Source: an uncultured Planctomycetota bacterium (lineage in GTDB: Bacteria; Planctomycetota; Planctomycetia; Gemmatales; HRBIN36). From it: 64,000 nt of DNA. Positions 50,711-61,301 of the stretch are shown piece after piece (positions within the stretch are counted from its first letter, which is position 1; each line of letters opens with the position of its first letter). Under the pieces are notes generated by a model. That model ran no database searches. It worked only from the letters and a program-made list of their open reading frames with translations, and was not told the DNA's origin. The stretch lies in the NCBI GenBank assembly GCA_937944855.1, contig CALFAY010000047.1, positions 34,367-98,366 on the forward strand, written 5' to 3'. Position numbers and translations under genes: made by a program.

Positions 50711-51134
50711 CCGGACATCTCCGTTGCAAGGGCAAATCAAGGACCAAAGGCGTCAGTCTTATCTGCCCTGGAATTGCCTTGGAATAGAATCTGCCTGCAT
50801 CCCCTTGGCGGAACTGGCTTCCCCGTTCGCCAGGGTTCATCCTAAATTATAGCTTTGCCCCTGATGGCGACGAGGCGAGTAAAAACCGCATGGTCGCTTG
50901 CGAAGCCGCGCTGCCCGGCCGACTCCGCAGGGTTGCTGATTTCCGCCCGATCCGGGAGCCTTGACAAGTTCGCGGAATTTCTCGAAGCCACTTGATTGTA
51001 TGAGGCATGGTACACGACATCAAGCGGGCCGGTCGGGGCACCTGGGCAGTCGGTCGAACGTCCCGGCTTGGTGGACGGGGCAGAGTGGGCGGACCGCGCC
51101 GGCGGCAGGGCCGCAACGGGGCTGAGGAAACAGT

Positions 51135-51965
51135 ATGACGGCAACGGATCGTCGGGTTCTGCCCGGCTTCGGGCTGAGTCTGGGTTTCACGGTCAGCTAC
51201 CTGGGCCTGATCGTGCTGCTGCCGCTGGCCGCCGTGGTGGTCCGCTCCGCCGGCCTGTCGGCCGAGCAATACTGGGCCGCCGTCGCCTCCCCTCGCGCTC
51301 AGGCTGCGTACCTCCTGACCTTCGGCACGTCCCTGGCCGCGGGGCTTCTCAATGTCTTGATCGGACTGCTGTTGGCCTGGGTGCTGGTGCGCTACGAGTT
51401 CCCGGGGAAACGGCTGCTCGACTCGCTGATCGACTTGCCGTTCGCCCTGCCGACGGCGGTGGCTGGTCTGGTCTATTCCAGTCTGTATGTCGAGAATGGC
51501 TGGTATGGGCAGTTCCTGGTTCCTCTGGGGATTCACGGGGCGTACAGCCGACTGGCCATCGTCCTGGTCCTGGTCTTTACCGGGCTGCCGTTCGTGGCCC
51601 GGACCGTGCAGCCGGTGCTCGAAAGCCTCGACGTCGAGATCGAGGAAGCCGCCGCTTCGCTGGGAGCGACCCGCTGGCAGACGTTCCGCTACGTCCTGCT
51701 GCCGGCGCTGACGCCGGCCCTGCTGACCGGCTTCGCCTTGGCTTTCGCCCGGGCCTTGGGGGAATATGGTTCCGTGATCTTCGTCTCGGGCAACATCCAG
51801 TACCGGACGGAAATCGCTCCGGTGCTGATCGTGGCCCGCCTGGAGGAGTTCGCCTATGGCGAAGCCAGTGCCATCGCTTCGGTGCTGTTGGCCATGTCGT
51901 TCGTGATGCTGATCCTCATCAACCTGTTGCAATGGTGGAGCCGACGCAGTTTGACGGCCAGTTAG
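51135..51965 (+). CDS. cysT: Sulfate ABC transporter permease CysT
   Basis: VLPGFGLSLG, DLPFALPTAVAG, EEAAASLGA, FARALGEYGS. Confidence 0.95.
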   Translation: MTATDRRVLPGFGLSLGFTVSYLGLIVLLPLAAVVVRSAGLSAEQYWAAVASPRAQAAYLLTFGTSLAAGLLNVLIGLLLAWVLVRYEFPGKRLLDSLIDLPFALPTAVAGLVYSSLYVENGWYGQFLVPLGIHGAYSRLAIVLVLVFTGLPFVARTVQPVLESLDVEIEEAAASLGATRWQTFRYVLLPALTPALLTGFALAFARALGEYGSVIFVSGNIQYRTEIAPVLIVARLEEFAYGEASAIASVLLAMSFVMLILINLLQWWSRRSLTAS

Positions 51966-52002
51966 GACTGCCGTGCAAGCCGATATGACACGAGGAACCC
52001 GG

Positions 52003-52911
52003 ATGGCCAGGCAACGCCTTATTGCGCAACCGATCGCGCCGCCCGACCGGACCCGCCGCGCGCTTCAGGATCCGTGGTGGGTGCGGCTCACGCTGATCAC
52101 GCTGGCGGTGCTCATCGTCGGCGTTCTGGTGGTGGTGCCGCTGGTCCATGTTTTCTGGCAGGCGTTGGCCGGCGGCCTGACCGTGTACTGGGACAATCTG
52201 GTCAACGATCCGGACACGCGGCATTCGATTCTGCTGACGCTGCTGGTCGCGCCGATGGCGGTGCTGGTTAACGTCGTTTTCGGCATCGCTGCTGCCTGGG
52301 CCATCGCCCGGTTCCGCTTCCCGGGCCGGACCTTGCTGGTATCCCTCATCGACCTGCCCTTCGCCGTTTCGCCGGTGGTGGCGGGGCTGGCCCTGCTGCT
52401 GCTGTTCGGCATGCAGGGCTACCTGGGTCCGTGGCTGCGGGAGCACGGCATCCGCATCGTCTTCGCCCTGCCCGGACTGGTGCTGGCGACGATCTTTGTC
52501 ACGGTCCCGTTCATCGCCCGGGAGTTGATTCCGGTCATGGAATCGCTCGGGCCGGACGAAGAGCTGGCGGCGATCAGCCTCGGGGCCAATGGCTGGCAGA
52601 CCTTTTGGTACGTCACGCTGCCCAACATCAAATGGGCCTTGCTGTATGGCATCATCCTGGGCAATGCCCGGGCGATGGGGGAGTTCGGGGCGGTGTACGT
52701 CGTCAGCGGACACATCGCCGGACGGACCGATACGATGCCGCTGCGAGTCGAGAAGCTGTTTCAGGACGGCAACAATTCCGGGGCGTTCGCGGTGGCTTCG
52801 CTGCTGACCCTGTTGGCCCTGGTGACGCTCGTCGTGAAAACAGTCCTGGAACGCAAAGCCCGGAAGGAACTGGCTGAGGCGGAGAAGGACGGCGGAGGAC
52901 TCAAGCCATGA
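52003..52911 (+). CDS. cysW: Sulfate ABC transporter permease CysW
   Basis: [30 protein letters not shown]. Start could be 51985. Confidence 0.95.
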   Translation: MARQRLIAQPIAPPDRTRRALQDPWWVRLTLITLAVLIVGVLVVVPLVHVFWQALAGGLTVYWDNLVNDPDTRHSILLTLLVAPMAVLVNVVFGIAAAWAIARFRFPGRTLLVSLIDLPFAVSPVVAGLALLLLFGMQGYLGPWLREHGIRIVFALPGLVLATIFVTVPFIARELIPVMESLGPDEELAAISLGANGWQTFWYVTLPNIKWALLYGIILGNARAMGEFGAVYVVSGHIAGRTDTMPLRVEKLFQDGNNSGAFAVASLLTLLALVTLVVKTVLERKARKELAEAEKDGGGLKP

Positions 52912-53942
52912 GCATCCGCATCAGCGGCGTCAGCAAGCGCTTCGGCGAGTTCCTGGCCCTGGACAACATCTCGCTGGAGATCCCCGGCGGCGAACTGACG
53001 GCCCTGCTGGGTCCGTCCGGGTCCGGCAAGACGACGCTGCTGCGGATCATCGCCGGGCTGGAAGTGCCCGATGCCGGCACCGTCCACTACTGCGGGGAGG
53101 ACGTGACCCATCAGCCGGTGCGCGACCGCAACATCGGCTTCGTCTTCCAGCACTTCGCCCTGTTCCGCCACATGACCGTGTACGACAACATCGCCTTCGG
53201 GCTGCGCGTCCGGGGGGTGACGAACGCGGTCATCAAGGAACGGGTCCGGAAACTGATCCAGTTGGTGCGGCTGGACGGGCTGAAGTTCCGCTATCCGTGG
53301 CAACTGTCCGGCGGCCAGCGGCAGCGCGTGGCTTTGGCCCGGGCCATGGCCGCCGAACCGAAGGTGCTGCTCCTCGACGAACCGTTCGGCGCGCTGGACG
53401 CCAAGGTGCGGCAGGAGCTTCGCCAATGGCTGCGGCGGCTGCACGACGAGGTCCACCTGACCAGCGTCTTCGTCACCCACGACCAGGAAGAGGCCTTCGA
53501 GGTCGCTGACCGCGTCGTCATCATGAACCAGGGCCGCATCGAACAGGTCGGCTCGCCCCGCGACGTGTTCGACCATCCGGCCAACGACTTCGTCATGGAT
53601 TTCCTTGGGAACACCAACGTACTCCAGGGCCAACTGCTGCAAGCGGCTTATCCGCAACTGGGCAATGGCGACAACAAACCGACCAAGGGCTACATCCGTC
53701 CTCATGAGCTGGAAGTGCAGCGCGAACCCGGCGAGCAACCGGGTCTGAAGGCAAAGGTCCTGCACTTCTACCCGTCGGGTTCCGTATTCCGCGTCCGACT
53801 TCTGGCCGTCGATTTCGGCGTCGTGCTAAACGTCGATGTCGCTCAGGAACGCTTTCAGGAACTCCAACTCCAGCGGGACGACCTCGTGCAGGTCATCCCC
53901 CGCCACGTCCGCGTCTTCCCCACGCCCGACTACAGCATCTAG
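52908..53942 (+). CDS. cysA: Sulfate ABC transporter ATP-binding protein CysA
   Basis: [34 protein letters not shown] tail. ATGA overlap with cysW. Confidence 0.95.
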   Translation: MSIRISGVSKRFGEFLALDNISLEIPGGELTALLGPSGSGKTTLLRIIAGLEVPDAGTVHYCGEDVTHQPVRDRNIGFVFQHFALFRHMTVYDNIAFGLRVRGVTNAVIKERVRKLIQLVRLDGLKFRYPWQLSGGQRQRVALARAMAAEPKVLLLDEPFGALDAKVRQELRQWLRRLHDEVHLTSVFVTHDQEEAFEVADRVVIMNQGRIEQVGSPRDVFDHPANDFVMDFLGNTNVLQGQLLQAAYPQLGNGDNKPTKGYIRPHELEVQREPGEQPGLKAKVLHFYPSGSVFRVRLLAVDFGVVLNVDVAQERFQELQLQRDDLVQVIPRHVRVFPTPDYSI

Positions 53943-54008
53943 TTCTCCGTTGCCCTCTTTCAGTCAGGCCTTGGGTCGTTCTATACTAGTCAACGCGACA
54001 TCCACGCA

Positions 54009-54031
54009 ACGGGGCCGACTGACGGCCCCGT
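54009..54031 (+). promoter_or_regulatory. GC hairpin in the cysA/CxxCH intergenic region
   Basis: ACGGGGCCG-ACTGA-CGGCCCCGT, downstream of a TATACT -10-like box (53982-53987), with no T-tract. Confidence 0.4.
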
Positions 54032-54071
54032 CCTTCCCGGGAACCGACCGCTCCCCACGAGGTCGAACCGC

Positions 54072-57000
54072 ATGACTGTTCCACTTGCTGCCGTGTTCCG
54101 ACGTTTGGTATCTGTCGTCGTCGTTGCTTGCACTGTCGCCGTACTCGGCCTGTTCCGCTTCGGAAGCGCCGGGGGCCAGGCCAGGGAGGATGCCCAAGCG
54201 ATCTTTCCCAGGAACGGCCACGTCAGCATCCTCGGCAACACGCTGGCGGACCGGATGCAGCACGACGGCTACCTCGACACTCTGCTGCACCTTCGCCTGC
54301 CGGAACACGATCTGACCATCCGCCACCTCGGTTTCTCCGGCGACGAACTGACGCTGCGTCTCCGTTCCGATGGCTTCGGCAGTCCCGACCAGTGGCTGGC
54401 CAAGAACAAGACCGACGTGATCTTCACCTTCTTCGGCTACAACGAGGCGTTCGCCGGTCCCGAGGGACTCGACAAGTTCCGCAAAGACCTGGAGAAGTTC
54501 ATCGACCACACGCTGTCGCAGCGCTATAACGGCCAATCGCCGCCGCGCTTGGTGCTGTTTTCGCCGATCGCTCACGAGGACCTGAAGGACCGCAACCTGC
54601 CCGACGGCAGCGAGAACAACCAGAACCTCGAAATGTACACCCGGGTCATGGCGGAGACGGCCCAGGCCAAGGGCATCCTGTTCGTGGACCTGTTCTCGGA
54701 GACCCGGTCGGCCTACGGCAAGGATGGCAAGCCGTGGACCAGCAACGGCGTGCATCTCAACGAGCACGGCAACGCCGAGGTCGCTCGCCTGATCGATCGG
54801 GCCTTGTTCCCGAAGGCGGCTGCGGTCGAGTTCTCCGCTCCGGCCGTCGAGCAGCTTCGAGCCGCGGTCAAGGACCGCAATTTTCACTGGTTCCAACGCT
54901 ACCGGACTACGGACGGCTACTCGATCTATGGCGGACGGGCCGACCTGAAGTTCGTCAACGGGCAGACCAACCGCGACGTCGCCCAGCGGGAAATGGAAAT
55001 CCTGGACGTGATGACGGCTAATCGGGACCGCATCGTCTGGACGCTGGCCCGTCACGCGGTCCGGGAGCCGGGCAGGCCGCTTTCCCCCGCTCCGATGCCG
55101 GACGACTCCAACACCCCGCCGTTCATTCCAGTCATCACCAACAAGCCGGGACCGGGACCTAACGGCAAGCATCTGTTCCTCGACGGCGAAGAGGCGATCA
55201 GCCGCATGACCCTGGCCAAGGGCCTCAAGGTGAATCTCGTCGCCTCCGAGAAGCAGTTTCCCGAGCTGGTCAATCCGGTGCAGATGGCCTTCGACACCAG
55301 GGGCCGACTCTGGGTCGCCGTCTGGCCCAGCTATCCGCACTGGAAGCCCAAGGATGTCATGGACGACAAGCTGTTGATCCTGGAAGACACCGACGGCGAC
55401 GGCAAAGCCGACGTGCGCAAGACCTTCGCCGGCGGACTGCACAACCCGACCGGCTTCGAGTTCTGGAACGGCGGCGTCCTGGTGGCTCAGGCTCCCGATC
55501 TGTGGTTCCTCAAGGACACCGACGGCGACGACAAGGCCGACGTCCGCATCCGGGTCCTGAGCGGCATCGACTCGGCGGACACGCACCACACCGCCAACAG
55601 CTTCGTCTTCGATCCCGGAGGAGCGCTGTACTTCCAGGAAGGCACGTTCCATCGCACCCAGGTCGAGACGCCCTACGGCCCGCCGGTCCGCTGTGCCGAC
55701 GCCGGCGTGTTCCGCTACCAGCCACGGACGCACAAGTTCGAGGTGTATGTCTCTTTCGCCTTCGCCAACCCGCACGGCCACGTCTTCGACCGCTGGGGCC
55801 AGGACATCGTCGTGGACGGCACCGGAGCACAGCCGTACCATGCCGCGTTGTTCTCCGGCCACCTCGATTTCCCGCACAAGCACAACCGCCCGCCGCAGGT
55901 GTATCAACAATGGACGCGGCCTTGTCCCGGCATGGAGATCCTGTCCAGCCGACACTTCCCGGAGTCGATGCAGGGCAATCTGCTGGTCGCCAACGTCATC
56001 GGTTACCAGGGGATTCTTCAGTACAGCATTCGGGACGACGGAGCCAGCTTCGTCGGCAAGGAAGAAGAACGTCTGCTGTACTCCAGCGATCCGAACTTCC
56101 GGCCCTCCGACCTCAAGATCGGTCCCGATGGGGCCATCTATTTCCTCGACTGGCACAATCCGATCATCGGCCATATGCAGCACAACCTCCGCGATCCGAG
56201 TCGGGATCGGGAGCATGGCCGCATCTACCGCATCACCTGCGAGGGCCGTCCGCTGTCGAAGTCGCCGCCCATCGCCGGAGAGCCGATCGAAAAGCTGCTC
56301 GACATCCTGAAGCATCCCGAGGATCGCGTCCGCTACCGTGCCCGCATCGAACTCGGATCCCGGCCCACGGAAGAAGTCATTGCCGCCTGTCAGAAGTGGC
56401 TGGCCAAGCTCGACCGCAACGACCCGGACTACGAGCATCACGTTCTTGAAGCCCTGTGGCTGCACCAGAACCATAACGTCCGCAACGTCGGACTGCTCAA
56501 GCAGGTGCTGGCGTCGCCGGACTTCCGGGCCAGGGCGGCGGCGGCACGGGTGCTGTGCTACTGGCGGGACCGGGTGCCCGATAGTCTGGAACTGTTCAAG
56601 CAACTGGCCGCCGATCCGCATCCGCGCGTCCGGCTTGAGGCGGTGCGTGCCGCTAGTTTCTTCAAGGTTCCCGAAGCCCTCGAAGTGGTGCTCATCGCCG
56701 ACGATCAGCCAGGCGACAAGTACATCCAGTTTGTCCGCGGCGAGACCATGCGGGCCTTGGATCCGTACATCAAGAAAGCCATCGCCGAGGGTCGGCCGAT
56801 CCACTTCACCACCCCGGCCGGCGCCCGCTACTTCCTCAAAAACGTCAGCACGGAAGACCTGCTCAAGCTGAAACGCACTCCGGGCGTGTATCACGAGATT
56901 CTGCTACGGTCCGGCATCCGCGACGAACTGCGGCAGGAAGCGCTCCGGGTGCTCTCCCGTTCCGAAGGCAAGACGGAGTTGCAACTGCTCTTGGAAGCGG

Positions 57001-58673
57001 TTCGGCTGCAAACAGTCGGGAAGAAGAGCGAATCGGCGACGGAAGGCGTGCTGTTCGACTACCTCCGGCTCATCACGGCCAAACCGCCGAGCGAACTGTC
57101 AGGCATCCGCGAAGAGCTGGAGCGCCTGGCCGTCTCCGGCCCGACGCCGACGGCTCGTCAGGTCGGCTTCGTCGCCCTGGCCGCTGCCGACGGTGCCATC
57201 GAACCCGCCTGGAAACTGGCCCTGCGGTCTTCCACCGCGCTGCGGGACTTCGTTCTGGCCGTGCCCTTGCTCCGCGATCCGGCCCACAAGATCGCTTTGT
57301 CTCCGCGAATCGAGGCACTGCTGGATCGCCTGCCGTCGGAACTGGGCGGAGCCTCCGACAGTGCGGTGCGGCAAGCCGCCATGCAGACGTTGACCAGCCT
57401 CCGGGGTCAGGAAGCGGCCGCGTTCAAGGCCCTGGCCCGCTGCGTCCGGGACGACCTCGACCGCCAGACCGCCGTCCAGGCCCTTTTGCGTCTTCCGTCG
57501 GTCCATTGGCCGCAGGAAGAAGTGAAACCCCTGCTCGATTCTCTGCTCGCCTATGTCCGCGCCGTGCCGGTCGAGCAGCGGACGCAACCGGCGGTCGTCG
57601 ATGCCCTGCAACTGGCCGACGCCCTGACTTCCCAGCTTCCGCGGGAACAAGCTCTCACGATCCGCAGGGAACTGGGCCAGCTGGGCGTCCGTGTGCTCCG
57701 TCTCGGCACCATCCCGGACCAGATGCTTTTCGACAAGGAACGCCTGGCGGTGCAAGCGGGCAAGCCGTTCGAGATCGTCTTCGAGAACAACGACCTGATG
57801 CCGCACAACTTCGTGCTGCTGAAGCCCGGGGCGTTGGAAGAGGTCGGCACGCTGGCCGAGAACACCGCCACCGAACCGGGGGCCTTGGCCCGCCACTTCG
57901 TGCCCCGCTCGGACAAGGTCCTCCTGAGCAGCCGCCTGCTTCAGCCCCGCGAAGTCGAACGGCTTCGCTTCACGGCTCCGAGCACGCCCGGAGTGTATCC
58001 CTACGTCTGCACCTATCCCGGCCACTGGCGGCGGATGTATGGCGCTCTCTACGTCGTCGAGGACCTCGACGAATACCTGCTCGATGCCGAGGGCTATCTG
58101 GCTCGTCATCCGTTGCCGCCAGCGGATGAACTGCTCAAGTTCATCCGGCCTCGGAAGGAATGGAAGCTCGAAGAACTGGCATCGGCCGTCGAGCAGATCG
58201 CCCAGGGCCGTTCTTTCAGCAACGGCAAGCAGCTGTTCACGGTCGCCAGTTGCTCAGCCTGTCACAAGCTGGGCGGGGTCGGCGTCGAGATCGGTCAGGA
58301 CCTCGCCAAGCTCGATCCGAAGTACACGCCGCTTGACGTGCTGAAACACATCCTGGAACCGTCCGAAAAGATCGACGACAAGTACGCCAGCTACATCTTC
58401 CAGACTGAGGACGGGCAGACCATCACCGGCTTGATTCTGGAAGAAACCCCGGACGAGGTGAAACTCATCGAGAACCCGCTGCTCAAGACGCAGCCGTTGA
58501 TTCTGAAGAAGAGCGACATCGCCGAGCGGAAGAAATCGCCGACCTCGATGATGCCCAAAGGACTGCTCGACAAGCTGACGCGGGAAGAGATCCTCGATCT
58601 GCTGGCTTACGTGATTGCCAAGGGCGACCCGGACAGTCCGCTGTACCGGGAAGGCAATCACAAGGGGCACTGA
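54072..58673 (+). CDS. PVC-type heme-binding CxxCH multidomain protein (SGNH-like, beta-propeller dehydrogenase-like, HEAT repeats, cupredoxin, cytochrome c)
   Basis: GNTLAD...GYNE...NGVHLN (SGNH-like), DTDGDGKAD propeller repeats, HEAT segments, MPHNF...CTYPGHW..M (type-1 Cu), CSACH...SMMP (heme c with Met ligand). Confidence 0.9.
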   Translation: MTVPLAAVFRRLVSVVVVACTVAVLGLFRFGSAGGQAREDAQAIFPRNGHVSILGNTLADRMQHDGYLDTLLHLRLPEHDLTIRHLGFSGDELTLRLRSDGFGSPDQWLAKNKTDVIFTFFGYNEAFAGPEGLDKFRKDLEKFIDHTLSQRYNGQSPPRLVLFSPIAHEDLKDRNLPDGSENNQNLEMYTRVMAETAQAKGILFVDLFSETRSAYGKDGKPWTSNGVHLNEHGNAEVARLIDRALFPKAAAVEFSAPAVEQLRAAVKDRNFHWFQRYRTTDGYSIYGGRADLKFVNGQTNRDVAQREMEILDVMTANRDRIVWTLARHAVREPGRPLSPAPMPDDSNTPPFIPVITNKPGPGPNGKHLFLDGEEAISRMTLAKGLKVNLVASEKQFPELVNPVQMAFDTRGRLWVAVWPSYPHWKPKDVMDDKLLILEDTDGDGKADVRKTFAGGLHNPTGFEFWNGGVLVAQAPDLWFLKDTDGDDKADVRIRVLSGIDSADTHHTANSFVFDPGGALYFQEGTFHRTQVETPYGPPVRCADAGVFRYQPRTHKFEVYVSFAFANPHGHVFDRWGQDIVVDGTGAQPYHAALFSGHLDFPHKHNRPPQVYQQWTRPCPGMEILSSRHFPESMQGNLLVANVIGYQGILQYSIRDDGASFVGKEEERLLYSSDPNFRPSDLKIGPDGAIYFLDWHNPIIGHMQHNLRDPSRDREHGRIYRITCEGRPLSKSPPIAGEPIEKLLDILKHPEDRVRYRARIELGSRPTEEVIAACQKWLAKLDRNDPDYEHHVLEALWLHQNHNVRNVGLLKQVLASPDFRARAAAARVLCYWRDRVPDSLELFKQLAADPHPRVRLEAVRAASFFKVPEALEVVLIADDQPGDKYIQFVRGETMRALDPYIKKAIAEGRPIHFTTPAGARYFLKNVSTEDLLKLKRTPGVYHEILLRSGIRDELRQEALRVLSRSEGKTELQLLLEAVRLQTVGKKSESATEGVLFDYLRLITAKPPSELSGIREELERLAVSGPTPTARQVGFVALAAADGAIEPAWKLALRSSTALRDFVLAVPLLRDPAHKIALSPRIEALLDRLPSELGGASDSAVRQAAMQTLTSLRGQEAAAFKALARCVRDDLDRQTAVQALLRLPSVHWPQEEVKPLLDSLLAYVRAVPVEQRTQPAVVDALQLADALTSQLPREQALTIRRELGQLGVRVLRLGTIPDQMLFDKERLAVQAGKPFEIVFENNDLMPHNFVLLKPGALEEVGTLAENTATEPGALARHFVPRSDKVLLSSRLLQPREVERLRFTAPSTPGVYPYVCTYPGHWRRMYGALYVVEDLDEYLLDAEGYLARHPLPPADELLKFIRPRKEWKLEELASAVEQIAQGRSFSNGKQLFTVASCSACHKLGGVGVEIGQDLAKLDPKYTPLDVLKHILEPSEKIDDKYASYIFQTEDGQTITGLILEETPDEVKLIENPLLKTQPLILKKSDIAERKKSPTSMMPKGLLDKLTREEILDLLAYVIAKGDPDSPLYREGNHKGH

Positions 58674-59155
58674 GGGGGAGGCAGGGCGGCGTCGAGTTTG
58701 CGGAAGAGGTTGACCATTTCCAGGGCGGCCAGGGCGGCGTCGCGGCCCTTGTTGCCCTCCTTGCCGCCGGCTCGTGCCAAAGCCAGTTCTTCGGTCTGGC
58801 ACGTCAACACGCCGTAGAGCACCGGCACGCCGGTGGACATCCCGGCATCCAGTATGCCCAGGGTGGCCGATTCGCAGATGTAGGCGTAGTGGTCGGTCTC
58901 GCCGCGGATCACGGCTCCGACGCAGATGACGGCGACGTATTCGCCGCTGTTAGCCATCCGCTGGGCGGTCAGGGGAATCTCGAAAGCCCCAGGCACCCAG
59001 ACGAGATCCACGTCGCTGTCGGCAACGCCGGCCTCCCGCAGGGCCGACAATGCCCCGTCCACCAGTCGGTCCGTCACTTCGCGGTTGAACTTGGAGGCGA
59101 CCACGGCGAAGCGCCCGCCGGCACTGACGGGCTTGCCCTCGAAGACTCGCGGCAT
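58658..59155 (-). CDS. ribH: 6,7-dimethyl-8-ribityllumazine synthase
   Basis: SKFN, VPGAFEIP, GAVIRGETDH, GVLT, RAGGKEGNKG. GGAGG SD. Confidence 0.96.
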   Translation of the reverse strand: MPRVFEGKPVSAGGRFAVVASKFNREVTDRLVDGALSALREAGVADSDVDLVWVPGAFEIPLTAQRMANSGEYVAVICVGAVIRGETDHYAYICESATLGILDAGMSTGVPVLYGVLTCQTEELALARAGGKEGNKGRDAALAALEMVNLFRKLDAALPPPQCPL

Positions 59156-59330
59156 GTGAACCTTTCCTCCCAGGACTGCTTCATGGGTTGCAGGAAGAAT
59201 AGCGACTGGAGGCGCTCCTTTCAGCGTGCTTAAATGATTTCTGCCGAGACGGGAGGCCCGTTGCGGTGTTAGAGAAACAACCGTCGCACTGCACACGGAG
59301 CCAACGGGTTTAAGGAAGCGAGGGGCAACG

Positions 59331-61253
59331 ATGTGGGAGACCAACGCGCGGATGACCTTGCCGATTCTGCGGCGTCAAGGGCTGGCGTTGGCCGGAGCGG
59401 TCCTGATGTTCGCTCTGGCTGCTTCGCTGCAAACGATCGGGCAAGCCCCCGAAGACAAACCGGCCGTGGCAACAGAACCGCTGCCGGACCTGTCGGAGTA
59501 CCGCACCGTCCGCGACTGCATCACCACGCAAATCAGCCGGGCGGCACCCACGGTCACGGTCGAGAGGCCGGGCTTTCTCGGCATCCATCTGGCCGTCGAG
59601 GAAGGCGGTCGGCTGGTCATTGACGACGTGGCGACGGATTCCCCGGCCCAGCGGATCGGACTTCGACCCGGCGAGGTGCTGACGCACTTGAACGGCCAGG
59701 CCCTCTCCGGCATCGAGCAGGCCCGGGAACTGCTGCGGGACAAGCGGCCTGGCGAAACGGTGAAGCTGACCGTGCTGCGCGACGGTAAAGCGCAGGAAGT
59801 CGAAGCGGTTCTCGACAGTCCCAGCCGACCGATGCGGACTACGCCGCTGCGGGCCTCGCTGGGCGTGCAGGTCGAACCCGTCGAGCAGGGCGAAGGCGTG
59901 GTGATTCGGGAAGTCGTGCCCAATTCCGCCGCCGATCGGGCCAGGCTGAAGCCCGGCGAGGTGCTGCTCAAGTTCGACGGCAATCCCATCACCAATGCCG
60001 CCCGTCTGCGAGAACTGATCGGCGAACGCAAACCGAACGATTCCGTCGTCCTGACGCTTCTGCTGGCTGAAAAACCGGTCGAATACCGCGTCACTCTCGG
60101 GGCCGAAGAGCCGAGCGACGGCGGACGACGTGGATTCGGTTCCGGAGGCCCGACCGGCTTCGACTTCCGCCAGCCGGGCTACTGGCGGCGGGACACCTAT
60201 CGCCTCGGCGTCATTCTGATCCAGTATCCCGATGTGAAATGCAGCGAGAAAATCCCAGCCAAAGCGTGGGAAGACGCCTTCTTCAGCCGCGACAGCTACA
60301 AGCAGACCGCCACCGGACAGCCCGCCTTCGGCAGTCTGGCCGATTACTACCACGAGCAGTCCTACGGCAAGCTCAAGGTCGTCGGCAAAGTCTTCGAGCC
60401 GATCGAGGTCAGCAAGAAGAGGGCCGAGTACGGCGAGGGCGGCAACCGCTTGGCGTTGTTGACCGAAGCTCTCGACAAGCTCTACGAACGCGACGGCAAG
60501 GAGGTCCTCAACGGCACTGACGGCTTGATCTTCATCTACGCCGGGGGACGCATGAATGTGCCGCGCGGCAGTCTGTACTGGCCGCATCGGTCGTCCGTCT
60601 CCCACCAGGGCAAACGCTGGCCGTATTTCATCTGTCCCGAAGGCGGGGAGCGCATGGCCAACATCAGCGTGTTCGCCCATGAGTTCGGCCATCTCCTTGG
60701 CCTGCCGGATCTGTATGCCCGTCCGGAGAACCCTGGCAGCGAAGGGCTGAGCGTCTGGTGTGCCATGTCGAACCAGGCCGGCAACGGCCGACCGCAGCAC
60801 TTCTGCGCCTGGGCCAAGGAGAAGCTGGAATGGATCAAACCCGCGGTCATCGATCCGACGGTGAAGCAGAAACTCATTCTGGCTCCCATCAACGATTCGC
60901 CGGAAGAATGCTACAAGGTGCTGGTACGGCGGGACGGCAGCGAATATTTCCTGCTCGAAAATCGCCGCCGCAAAGGATTCGATGCCAGCTTGCCGGCGGA
61001 GGGGCTGCTGATCTGGCGGGTGGTCGGCAATCGGCCGATCCTGGAGGAATCGCATGGCATCGAGGGGCCGGCGGGACCGCGGGTGTTCCAGAACACCGTG
61101 CCGTTCCCCAGCCCATCCAACGACGCCTTCACGCCCTACACCACGCCGTCGAGCCGGTCGCAACTGGGCGGTGGACTGCCGGTGTACATCACGAACATTC
61201 GCAAACTCCCGGACGGTCGGATCACCTTCCACATCGGCTACGAATATCACTGA
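59331..61253 (+). CDS. Secreted M6-family (immune inhibitor A-like) metalloprotease with two PDZ domains; catalytic motif intact
   Basis: Signal peptide, two PDZ, GSLADYYHEQSYGK, HEFGHLLGLPDLY, WCAMS, EYFLLENR, GLLIW. Alternative start 59352. Confidence 0.92.
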   Translation: MWETNARMTLPILRRQGLALAGAVLMFALAASLQTIGQAPEDKPAVATEPLPDLSEYRTVRDCITTQISRAAPTVTVERPGFLGIHLAVEEGGRLVIDDVATDSPAQRIGLRPGEVLTHLNGQALSGIEQARELLRDKRPGETVKLTVLRDGKAQEVEAVLDSPSRPMRTTPLRASLGVQVEPVEQGEGVVIREVVPNSAADRARLKPGEVLLKFDGNPITNAARLRELIGERKPNDSVVLTLLLAEKPVEYRVTLGAEEPSDGGRRGFGSGGPTGFDFRQPGYWRRDTYRLGVILIQYPDVKCSEKIPAKAWEDAFFSRDSYKQTATGQPAFGSLADYYHEQSYGKLKVVGKVFEPIEVSKKRAEYGEGGNRLALLTEALDKLYERDGKEVLNGTDGLIFIYAGGRMNVPRGSLYWPHRSSVSHQGKRWPYFICPEGGERMANISVFAHEFGHLLGLPDLYARPENPGSEGLSVWCAMSNQAGNGRPQHFCAWAKEKLEWIKPAVIDPTVKQKLILAPINDSPEECYKVLVRRDGSEYFLLENRRRKGFDASLPAEGLLIWRVVGNRPILEESHGIEGPAGPRVFQNTVPFPSPSNDAFTPYTTPSSRSQLGGGLPVYITNIRKLPDGRITFHIGYEYH

Positions 61254-61301
61254 TTGCAGGCAACGTGGCTTGCCGCGATCTCGTTTGAAGGAGAATCCGC
61301 C

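Noticed and set aside
50850-51134. SAM riboswitch upstream of cysT
   Set aside because: The conserved SAM-I core elements were not found
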